From positions 318,990,001 through 319,054,000 of the forward strand of contig OZ024741.1 of the NCBI GenBank assembly GCA_964016885.1: a stretch of 64,000 bases of DNA, given 5' to 3'. Shown one piece after another: positions 19,240-31,100 of the stretch. The stretch comes from Eledone cirrhosa. Lineage: Eukaryota. Made by a program: the position numbers and the translations under genes. The notes under the pieces were generated by a model. It saw only the letters and a program-made list of their open reading frames with translations, was not told the origin of the DNA and made no database searches. The number at the start of each line of letters is the position of its first letter. Within the stretch, counting starts at the first letter, position 1.

Positions 19240-20062
19240 CAGGGTGCGGACGACATCTGTTCACAATTTTCAACTGCTAATTTTATGCAAATTTTTTTTA
19301 CTTCCGTTGTCACTCTTGTCTTCATAAAAACAGTGACTATATTTCCATTATTTATTTTCAGAATAATTGATTATGAATAATTTTGAACCTCCAAATTTGT
19401 GGAAGAGACACGGAGTTCTTCTTGGAATCCGCGCCGGGAGGACAAATAAGGAAATTTCAGACTCTCAGCGTCAGCAGGAGAATGGTGTCTCATCCAAAGA
19501 CGTGCCCAGAGTCATGCAGATAAAGTTTCCAGCGACAACATTGGTCTTAGGTGTCGTCATGCCACCTCACTTCTTCCTCGAGGGCCTCAAGCTGAACACT
19601 GATGACTACATCCACGTTCTGAGCAAGGTAGTAAAGCCCTGGATCGTCCAGGTAGGCCGTACGTGTGGCAGCAAGACTCAACGCCCTGCCATACCAACCG
19701 AAAGACCCAAGCCTGGCTGCCAGAGAACTTCGTCAACCACACTTCACCTGACTGCAACTCCCTCGACTTCTTTGTGTGGGGCACAGTGGAACGAGACATC
19801 AACAGATCTAGCTGCAATACGAAAGACGATCTGAAGGCCAGGACCACAACTGCCTTTAGGGGCCTAAGTCAGGGGACTGTGACGAAGGCCTGTAGCCGGT
19901 TCCAAGGCCACCTTGAGGCTGTTATCAAAGCCAAAGGCAGGTTTATTGAGTGAGATCGAAAGAACAAGTCATGAAGACAAACTGACCCAAGTTTAATCTT
20001 AAAAAATAAAACTTATTTTTTCCTAGACAGTAATCTTGCAAACAGATATCGTCCGCACCCTG
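19240..20062 (+). mobile_element. Deleted copy of the maT-like Tc1/mariner transposon
   Basis: TA-cagggtgcggacgacatctgtt...aacagatatcgtccgcaccctg-TA. WQQDSTPCH and SPDCNSLDFFVW; same family as 53796-55102. Confidence 0.9.
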
Positions 20063-20910
20063 TATATATATATATATCAGTTGAGTGAGGAAATGTAAGT
20101 GAGGTGCATAATTTTGAAAAAAAAATCAAGATTTTGGAGGGGTTTAATAATAGAATTTTACTGCATTAAGTTGTTGTTTGGAGCATAACTTTAATTCTTA
20201 AAATTATGATGGAAAGTTTTTAGACAAATATTGTCACTTTAATATAAACAATTTTTCTATCATAGAACCAGGGCCAGTTTTAGGTGGTTTGATATCAAAA
20301 CAAGTAATGACACATAGCTTTATCATCATCATCATCTAACATCTGTTTTCCCAGCTAGCAAGTGTTGAATTAGCCATCATAAACATGTCAATACATAATT
20401 GGATCCTCAGACAACCAGTGGCTGCATCTCATCTACATATGTTCCAGCACTCTACAAAGTGTACAGGATACATTTTATCATGGCACCAGCTTTTTGGAAT
20501 AAAATGTTGCTTTTGTTTCTCTATTATAGTATATTTATTTATTTAAAAATAACACAAACAAAATTACAAAAAAGATGATGGGTTTGCAAAATTCAAAGCC
20601 ACATATTTTTATATAATCACATGCACATACTTCAAAATTTCTCATCGATTTTGGAAATCAGAAAGAAATTAAAATAAAAAAAAAATTTTTTTCATGAGAA
20701 ATGGAGAATCTTTTAAGCAGTATCTTTTTGTTTCTCATAAATTCATGATTTATATGGAGGGGAAAAATCCCAAACAAAACAAACGAATATATCATTCCAT
20801 CATTTTTGTTACATTTGCAAAATATAACAAGAAAAACTCCTTCGATGGAATTGGCAAACAAAAAAAAAAGAATAGCATTGATCTTGCCAGTTGAACATCA
20901 ATGACATCAA

Positions 20911-20953
<43 letters not shown>

Positions 20954-21107
20954 ATGGTTATACAAGTCTTGGGTACTGTCCCTCCTCCTGCAACTAGTTA
21001 ATGTTATTTAGAAAAGATGACTATGAAGAAGAAAGAAGTTAAAGAGAAGCTGAGAGAGGTGAATAAGGAGGAAGAGGACTGGGACAACCATTAAAGAATG
21101 AAGTTAA

Positions 21108-21316
21108 CCCTTTAGCATTTAAACCGGCTGTATCCAGTCAGAATTTTCTCACCTCTTTCTGTTCAAACTGGTTGTAACTGGTCATTCATACTGATGTTAA
21201 GGTATTGTTCTCAAAATAAATAAATATCAAAATGTCATAGATTCGATATTATGAGAAGTAAAGCTTTTACCATGAAAATATAATAGTAAATATAGAGTAA
21301 TGTAAATACTAAAGGG
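21108..21316. mobile_element. piggyBac-like MITE in the probable STARD7 3' UTR
   Basis: TTAA TSDs (21104-21107, 21317-21320) and TIRs ccctttagcattt / aaatactaaaggg. The empty site gaagTTAAagagaag matches neighbouring purine-rich repeat units. Confidence 0.75.
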
Positions 21317-21814
21317 TTAAAGAGAAGTTGAGAGAGGAGGAGATGGGTGTGGCAACCATTAGAGAAAGATGAAGTTAAAGAGAAGCTGAGAAAGAGAGGA
21401 GGAGTGGGTGGCAAAAAGAGAAGCTGAGAGAAGTGAAGGAGGAAGAGTGGGGAGTAATGTAAGAGAAAGACAAAGAAGAAAAAGAAGTCTTCAGTGGCCG
21501 TCTTTGAAGTAAAATAAATCATCTACTTAGTAGATTGGACTACAACATTTGGACAAATCCAAAATTTCAATTTGATTCAGACCTGCCAACATCTAAAAGC
21601 CCAAACAGGGAGTACCATGAAAAAAAGTGCCCCAAAACGGAAAGAAATGAAGCAAAATGGGGGAGATTTAACTTAATGAAAGCTATACCTCACAAGAGAA
21701 GACATTTCTCACCCAGCCCAAAGTAGGTGAGAGATCTCCCTGTCGAGTGCGGACAGTGGACAGGTCTGTTTGATTTGTTGAAGAGAAGAAATGAAAGAAC
21801 AAAGCTGGAACCAT

Positions 21815-22045
21815 GAAGTCAACAGTAGCTATGACTGTACTAGCCTGTTTCAGTATGACAGGTCTATGAAATAATTAGAAATACGCCTGTACTGGCATGT
21901 TTCAAGGTGACAGCCCCCAACAGTTTGTTTCAACATGACAGAACTATGAAATAGCTAGAAATACAGTTATAATGGTGTGTTTTGACATGACAGAACTCAA
22001 CAGTAACTAGAAATACGACTGTATTGACTTGTTTCAACATGGCAT
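21815..22045. repeat. Degenerate about 51-bp tandem repeat spanning the STARD7 stop codon
   Basis: About four units of gtactrgcmtgtttcaacatgacagaactatgaaatarytagaaatacg. Confidence 0.65.
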
Positions 22046-22133
22046 GCATCTGGCACAAATGTTTTGTCATAGTTTCCATTTTTATGGAGCTTCTTGGTAG
22101 CATGGTGTAGTTTCTCTACAAACTCAGGGACCC
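21997..22133 (-). CDS. STARD7: STARD7 exon 9 (last)
   Basis: (G)VPEFVEKLHHATKKLH...SRISSYC*; polypyrimidine tract and ctag acceptor. Confidence 0.88.
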
Positions 22134-25100
22134 CTAGAGAGCAAGTAAAGAAAAAGAAATTGATAAATAATAAACTTCAACATCCTACAATGATTTAGCA
22201 GAAAATATTTAAAAATAGGTTTAATTTAAATGTTTATAGTTTCTTCACTAGTGGACAGATTGTTTTTAAATGTTTATAGTTTCTTCACTAATAGACAGAT
22301 TGCTGTGAAAATTTGCAATATTATCTTTTAATATCCTGTAATAATTTAGCAGAAAATATTTAAAAACTTGTTTGTTAATTCCAATGTTTATAGTATCTTT
22401 ATTAGCAAACAGATCCTTTTGCAGTTTTATCTCTTAACATCTAGCAATGATTTAGCAAATAAATATCTCAAAACAGGCCTGTTAATATTTATAGTATTTT
22501 TACTTGTGGATAGATCACTGTAAACATTTTAAAAACAGTTTATTAATTCAAGCTTATACATTATATTTACTTGTGGACAGATCCATATGATACACACACA
22601 CATCATCATCATCATTTCATTTTACGTCCACTTTTCCCTGCTTGCAAGGGTGGGACGGTAACTGATTCTGGCTTGATTTCTACAGCTGGATGCCCTTCCT
22701 AACACCAACCTCATTTACAGTGAGTGGTGGGTGCTTTTTTTGCCGTGGCACCTCCACGACCACTTTGCAGTGGAATGATATGGACCTCAGTCCCTATCAT
22801 CTCATTTCTAAAGCTGAGTAAACTGGAGCAATGTGAAATAAAGTGTCTTGCTCAAGGAAACAACACATCACCCGGTCTGAGAATTGAACTCACAACCTTT
22901 CGATTGCAAGGCCAATGCTCTAACCACTAAGCCATGTGCCACACACACATACATATATATCAAGGAAACAAGAAACAAACAAACAAGAGGATGCAATAAC
23001 ATGAAGTGCATTAGTTTCATGCTTGGAGGAAGAAGAATGAGTTACACACACACATATATATATATATATAGACAGAGTGATATCAGTATAATATATGTTT
23101 ATTTTATGACTTATGGCTTGGCTTAAAACCATTCACAATTACATAATGATTATGTTGTAATGATAGGGTTTGATTCTTTAGGTCATGGGCCCCTCCGACA
23201 CATACACAAAGAAAGAAAAAAAAAAGCATCATTACATACCAGTGGTAGCCATCCAGTTGTAGGCAACCATCGGGAAGGCAGCTTGTGGATCATCAGAATA
23301 AGTTAGCACATAATCAAAACCATTCTAGAGAACACAAATAAATAACAAAATTAGTAAAATGAACAGTAATATAGACTGGAAAATATCTTTCAACATTTAA
23401 TTTAACAATTTCATCTAAATATAAACACACTCGCGCAGGCTAGGGTTGAGGATGTTAGACTCAGGACTGTAAAGTTGTGCATTCAAGACCTAGGAAAATG
23501 TTGGATGATATGGTGAATGCCAATCTCCTGCAGCTGAAACTCACAAGGGATTGAGAAAATTGGCGATATTCCATAATACAGAGAACTCACCTTCCCATGC
23601 AAGTGGAATGAAGCAGCACAAAGAGGATGGCAAACCACATACCTCACTTCCACCCTAAACCCAAAGAAACAGAGAGTTGATACAACACTCAGGTCCCACT
23701 CTCCTACCAGTATACTCATGAATTCCCTGCCAGCATGTTCCTGATCCCCTTCTCCATCCTAAATTTGAAACAGTGAGATGGAACAACTCTCAGGTTCTCA
23801 CCTGCCAATATACTCCTGACCTCTTTGCCCAAACCCTTGCTAGCATGGGCATTTAGAATAAACCTTCACTCATTCTTGCACCCTCAACCCTTTCCCAATC
23901 CAGGGAAGCCTGGCACACCCCAAAATGACAGTCATCTCCACCTACTTGCACCAAGTAGTATATAAACACCCCTTTTAGAAAAGAAACCAGGCACACCCCA
24001 CAATATATCAGACACCATCCACTTGCTTATCACCATGACCCCACTCCTAGAAGTATAATGCCTATTACCATAGCCCCAACCCCTAATGCCTTCTGAGATA
24101 GTGCTGGTACAATGAAAAAAATCACCTACAATGAAAAGCACCTACTCCCCCTTGTAAAAGTGGTAGTGTTGGTGTCACAAAATTCTCTGAGTTCATGCTG
24201 TAAAGTGGTTGGTGTTATGAAGGGCATCCAGCCATAGAAACAATGCGCCCAGTACATGCTGTAAAGTGGTTGGTATTATGAAGGGCATCCAGCTGTAGAA
24301 ACAAAGCATATGAACAGGACCTAGTCACTTGACCAGTCATTAGGCCTCAGCATGTGACAGCTGTCTAACCAGTGATAATGATACTGAATGTTTACATTCC
24401 CAAATATTCATTGTTTTACATCCCTGCACTTGTGAGAGGTGATTAAAATAGTTGGCACAAGGAACAACACCTGGCTGTAAAACATTGCTTCAAAAAGGAC
24501 CCTACAATGTGTAAAACCTGCTTTTACAGGGAAAATGGCCTTTAAATGCTTGTTGCTTCTCTCTTTCTCTCTCCATGTTTTAGGTGGGTTTTATATAGAG
24601 GAAAGACAATAAGTGTGACAACAATGTGAGGATAGGGGTAGAAGGCAGAGAGTAAGGGCCATTCACATTGCTAATTAACAAATAAAGTAGTCTTGGTATG
24701 GCAAGGGTGTCAGGTTCAATACCAGCCACATCACATGTGTAAATATTAGGCTGACACATACACAAACATTTAAATATATGTACATACACACATGCTCACA
24801 CAAATATATGTGTATATATATATATATATATATGTGTGCGTGTGTGTCATCATCATTTAATATCTGCTTTCCTTGTTAGCAAGGTGGGTACACATACATA
24901 AACATACACACACAAATCTATACTATAAGAGCTGTGTCTGTCAGTCCGTTCGTCACGCTCTCTATATAGAGGAAGAGAAATACTACTCCACCTCCCATCT
25001 CTCTAACTAACTAAAACATGACGTCTGAACGAAGAAAAATACAGAGATTTTGTTTAGATTGTGTGTGTTTCTGAATGTCCTTTCATATATAGACAACACA

Positions 25101-28100
25101 ACAGACTTAAAAAAAAAAGAAAAAATACTTTCACTATAATGACAGGTAGTTGTTGAGAGAGCGAGTGTGTAAGATAAATAGATAGGTAGAGAGAGTTGTC
25201 ACCTGAAAACGCAGGTTTTTTAAGTGCAAGTCTGTCAACATGTGTGGGGGAAAAAGTGTGTGTGTGTGTTTCTGTATATCCTAAGGAACAACAGGCTACA
25301 ACTAGTATATATATAAATGCAGACATGCACACACAGATGTATGGATACACACTTACTCACCCACACACACAAGATGTTCACAATTCATAAATAATAAAAA
25401 TTATAGTTACTTCATTGAAGTTTGAGTGAGGCTTAACGACCATTTTTGATGTGTAGTTGTTGACACGTACAAAGTCAGAGTTGAGAGGACAGCGGGGATG
25501 ATTGACAGAATAGGAACTCATTACCATTAATTTGTTTTTCTCATCAACCTGAAATAATACAAACCAAGAAGAAAATTATTTGGAAGACAATTTAGTTACA
25601 TAGGAAAGAAAAGAAATAGGCAGCACACACACACATGTAAGTGTAGCTGACATCCTACAAAGTTGCATCTCATAGGTTTCTTGGATATTTTAATGATAGG
25701 GGTCCCAGTCTATCACACACACACATATGTATGTTGCTACACTTATGTAGGTTTAGCAGGCCTCCTATGAGATTGTATCCCATAGGAGGTTTCTTGGGTA
25801 TTTTAACCCTTTAGCATTTATATTACTCTATATATACTATTGTATTTTTGTGGTAAAGGCTTTACTTCACATAGTATCAAATCTATGAGATTTTGATATT
25901 TATTTTGAGAACACCTTAATATAAGTATGAGCAGCCAGTTATGGCCAGTTTGAACAGAAAGAGGTGAGAGAATTCTGGCCGGATATGGCTGGTTTAAATG
26001 CTAAAGGGTTAATGATAGGGGTCCCAGTCTTATCACATGCACACATAGGTATGTTGCTACAGCTCACTTATGTAGGTTTAGCAAGCCTCCTATGAGATAT
26101 AATCTCATAAGTGGGTGTTGGGTGTTTTAATAAAGGCCCAAGTGTTGTTACAGTTTTAAGCAGGATTTTCCTGCAAGGTTGATTCTTATAGAAGGTTTCT
26201 CTGGTGTTTTAATGATAAGGATACTAGTTCTATCATGTTACAGCTTACATCTTTGTAGTTTTAGCTGACCTCCTATGAGGTTGTATATCAAAGATTTCTC
26301 TGGTGTTTCAATGATAGAGGCCCCTAGTTCCATCATGTTGCTACAACTCCCACTTATGTTAGGGAGCTAGCCTTCTACAAGATTATATTTTATAGAGGTT
26401 TCTCTGGTGTTTTAATGATAGGGTCCCCACTTCTATTATGTTGTTACAGTTCACACCTACATAGGTTTTGTAAGCCTCCTATGAGGTTGCATCTAATAGA
26501 TTTCTTGGATGTTATAATGAGAGGGTTCAATTTTTATTATCTTATTGTTGATACAGCTTGCACTTATGTAAGTTTAGCGCGGCCTCATATGAAATTGCAT
26601 CTCACAGGAGGTTTCTAAGGTGTTTCAATGACAGAGACCCCTGTCCTATTACAATATAGTGGAAAGAGTTAACTTACATTGTATCTTCTTGTGTAGACAT
26701 ATTCTCGGCTGTACATAGGATACTGAAGCAAAAATAAAATCTCTTGATTAACCACCAGCGCCACCATTACCTCCATCACAACAAAAACAAGTTTTTTAAG
26801 GCCATTTTTCTTGCAAAGGCATGAGTTAACCTTGCAAGTCCTCTGAAAGGCTTCTCCACTTTGCCATTAGAAACCACTGATAAACTGTTGATTTGGTAGC
26901 AGCCTATTTTACTGGATAGGCAGGTTAAATGTGTTTTAATCACAGACTAATGAGTGATTAGTGTTGCTTTAGTTTCTGAGCCATAATAACCAATTTTTTC
27001 TATTCCCAGTTGACCTTCAAACTGAAAGAACCTACATAGCTGGCTCATAACAACACACATGAATCAGCATCAGTTTACATATGCATGCAACTGCACTAGT
27101 TTACACACACTTGCACATACACATAACTGCACTAATTTAACCACACACATGCAACTGCACCAGTTCACACATACATATAGCTCTTTCATTTTACATGTGA
27201 AGCCATATAAACAGTTAATTTAACTCACAGGAAAGTGTGTAATCCAATGAACTATCTCAGAACCAGATTCCTCATCACGGTCGACTATATCGAGCTTTAT
27301 CACTAGCTTGTCCCAAATCTTTCGGTAATTTAAGTCTACCTGTTAATGATAAGTCAAAACAAAGGTTCTATATAGAGTGTTGATAAAAAAAAAAACTAGA
27401 TTTTATTAACTCTTAATACCCTCTACCACATGAAACCACATTAGCATGGCATTCTTGTAAAGTACAAAACAGTACTATAGCTGCATTAAATGAAATATTT
27501 AAGTGTTTACTGTAATACCGTTAATTCCCACAAATACCTATCCACTTATAAGGATACAATACATATTTGAATTAAAAGACCCATTCTTAGATATTTTCTG
27601 CTAATCATTACAAGATATTAAGAAATAATACTGCAAATGTTCACAATGAACTGTCCAACTGTACAGATACTATAAACATTTGAATCAACAAACCTGTTTT
27701 TATAATAGATATTTTCTGCTAAATTGTTGCAGGATGTTGAGAGATAATGTTCACAATGAACAGTAAAGATACTATAAACATTTAAATTAACAAACCTGTC
27801 TTTAGATATTTTCTGCTAAATTGTTACAGGATGTTGAGAGTTAACTGAAATATAACATCAAAACTTTCATCTTTTTGAGGTTGATAAAATAAAGTACCAG
27901 TCAAGTACTGGTGTCAATATAATTGACTTTCTCTTCCTCAAAATTATTTCTTAGGTTGTTAATGTTTAGCTCTAGCTGATGAAGTAAAACGCAGCTTTTA
28001 TTGGTTATTTCTGCTAGAATTTAAGAGGTTCCAACTAACCAACATGGGAAGCTGCTATGTGGTTACTCGACTTGGTAGAAATAATAGTCAAATCTCTCTC

Positions 28101-31100
28101 AAGGCATACACTACCGTCTTAAAAATGAAAGAAAATATTGCATAATATACTATATCTGGAAATATATAATTGTTTCTACTTTTGGCACAAGGCCAGAAAT
28201 TACCCAGTGCATTACTGGTACTTTATTTCATCGACCCCATATCTGGAAATATATAATGAATGTATATAAGAGGAAAAATTCAAGGTGAGCATGTATTTGA
28301 TCAGAGCTGACCTTGAGCTAAAAACAATAATTATCAAATTTAAAGAAAGCCTTTTTCTTTTTAGAATTAAAAAAAATTACTAAATATTATTACTTCTAGT
28401 ATGACCTTGGGTGTAATGGAGCAAAAGAAAACCAAGAACTTACCTGGATCACAAAAAATGCACTAGCTGGGATATCATAAAATGATCCATGAACTGGCAA
28501 AAACAAATAATAAAATGGTTAGAAAATAAAACTTTAAAGGATAAACACAAATGTAACAGTCATGGGTGGCAACTTTTTTCTTGTTATTTTCACAGCAGAG
28601 TACAGAATATCATGATCATATTTCCACTGGTGTTAGAGAATGTTTACGATCACTGTTTTAGGTCAATTACTTCCCAGAAGAGGTCAGCCTGCTATGGAAG
28701 GGCTACACTTTACTATCTGTTGGTTTTTTAGGTGAATTACATCCAATGAGGTTGGCCTGCTGGGGAAAGACAATACTTTACTATTTGTAGATCTTTTAGG
28801 CCAATTACTTCCCAAAAGACATCAGCCTGCCATGGAAGGGCTATACTTTACTATCTGTTGGTTTTTTAGGTCAATTACATCCAATGAGGTTGGCCTGCTG
28901 GGGAAAGACTATACTTTACTATTTGTTCATCTTCTAGGCCAATTACTTTCCAGAAGAGGTCAGCCTGCTAGGGAAGGGCTATACATTACTATCTGTTGGT
29001 CTTTTAGACCAATTATGTACCATGAGAGGCCCTATTACTGGGGGAAAAGGTTAATTAATCTACTGGTCTTTTAGGCTAATTACTTCCTACGAGGAGTCAG
29101 CCTGCAGAGAAAGGTGTTTTACTATCTGCTGGTTGTAACTCCAGTGAGTGTGTTTTACTATATTTTTCTGGCAATATTAAACAAAATGATCCTCCCCAAA
29201 TATAACAAACTCAAGTTAAAATATTTTAGTAAACAGATACAATTTATGAACCCATTTGATACCATACACAAGGACAGCTTCGTCTCATCCTGGTGTGGAG
29301 AAATGAGAGGCAGCCTCAGCAACAGATTACTATGTTCTGTTACTAGAGCTTTTGATATCGTTAATACAGTAGAAAGGAATGATAAGTCCTCAGACCACTG
29401 GAGCAATGTGAAATAATGAAATAATTGCTGAAGGACACAATGTTCCACCTGGTGAAGGCAGAAATTGAACTCATGATCATAAGATCATGAACTGAACAAC
29501 CTAACCACTAAATACCTGAAACTGCCTCTGGTTATATGATACATAAAATTTGGGTTAAGTAATGTTTAAATATTAGCTTACTAACAAAAAGTTATATATT
29601 TTACTGAATTCTTCAAAATGTTAAATTATTTTAAAACTTAATTGAAACATGGGTTGTGAATTTCCTTAGAAATATGCTAACAAAAGGGTTAACACAAAAA
29701 ATAGCTAACCTCTGTACTGGTAAAGATGAGAATTCTCAATTGGTTTACGCCATACCTCCAGGTTCGGTTGATTTATCACTTTGTGCCAGTTCTTAGCTTT
29801 AAGATCTTTTGTTGACATATTTTTCAGATTAGCTGAAGATATATCTTCAGCTACACTATTTAAAGAAAAAGAAGATGGGGGTTGTATCTCATAGGAGGTT
29901 TCATGGGTGTTTTAATTATAGAGAAACCCAGTGCTATTATGTTGTTACTACTGCTAATGACTATGTAGGTTTAGCTGTCCTAAGAGCTTGCATCTCATAG
30001 GTTTCTTTGTTGTTTTAATGATAGGGGCCCCAGTTGTTACAGTTCACAATTATGTATTTTTTGCAGACCTCCTACAAGGTTTTTTGGTGGCTTTAATGAT
30101 AGCGACCTCAGTCATATCATGGAAAGCAACATTAAATGGAGTGTCTTGCTCAAAAATAAAATGCACCACCTCGTCCAGGAATTGAACTCACAACCATATG
30201 ATTGTAATTCCAACATGACCACTAAGCCACGTGTCTTCAGTAAAGAGGGGCAATGACTGAAATTTAGCATTACTAAATATAAAGTAAAAGCCTTTTAATA
30301 TCAACCTGATCAAAATCAGTTCTGATTCTATAAAATAAAATCACCTAATTTAAAGAGTTCTTCATTACTGTTTCATGTCTATATTCCATGCTTGTATGGG
30401 TGAGATGGGTAGTCACATGCTGAGGTTAGATAGCTTTAACACCAACAACTTTACATTAAGTACTGGGAGCAGGATTTCTACAGCTGGATGCTTTTCCTAA
30501 TGCCAACCACTTTACAGCTTGTACTGAGAGTATTTTATCATGATTCCAGTGGAGGGAAGAATAGACGTTTTTCATCATAGCACCATCACTTATGTTAGTG
30601 TGCATGACAGTGTAGCACAGATAAATTGAAAGAAAAACTGGATATAATAGGAGTCAAATGTAGTATGCAAGAGAGAAAACTGCACTGGTATGGACATGTA
30701 ATGTATATGGATGATGATCATTGGTTGAAGGAGACCCAAGAGATTACAATGGAAGGAAGCTGCAGAAAAGGTAGACTGAAGAAAATCTGGGCAGAAGTGG
30801 TGACAAATGATCTCTAAAAGAGATGATGAAGAAAGGCTGCAAGTGGAGAGAAGCTGTGGTAAAGATAGGTTAAAGAAAAGATAGGCAGAAGTGGTGAGAG
30901 CTGATCTTAAAATGCTGAACCTCACAGAGGAAGTAACAAAGGAACAACAAGTAGAGGGAAGCTGTGTTAGAGAAGACAAACCCATGCAACCATGGGGAAA
31001 TGGTAGTAAAATGAGGATGATGTATTACTTACTTTTGCAGCTCTTCGTTTGTTATCCGGCATTTGTCCCACGAAAATATTGAAGCAGACAATAGGAATCC

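Noticed and set aside
23480-24150. GC-richer stretch with short ORFs in a STARD7 intron
   Set aside because: Only a faint ELT.P..GW similarity to RLE retroelements; too weak to call.
28655-29130. Regularly spaced repeats that might suggest a CRISPR array
   Set aside because: Whole units are degenerate tandem copies with no unique spacers, in a eukaryotic intron with no cas genes.
29114-29448. Overlapping ORFs of about 100 aa on both strands
   Set aside because: No recognisable motif. The STARD7 exon chain is complete without them, and part of the region is SINE-like.
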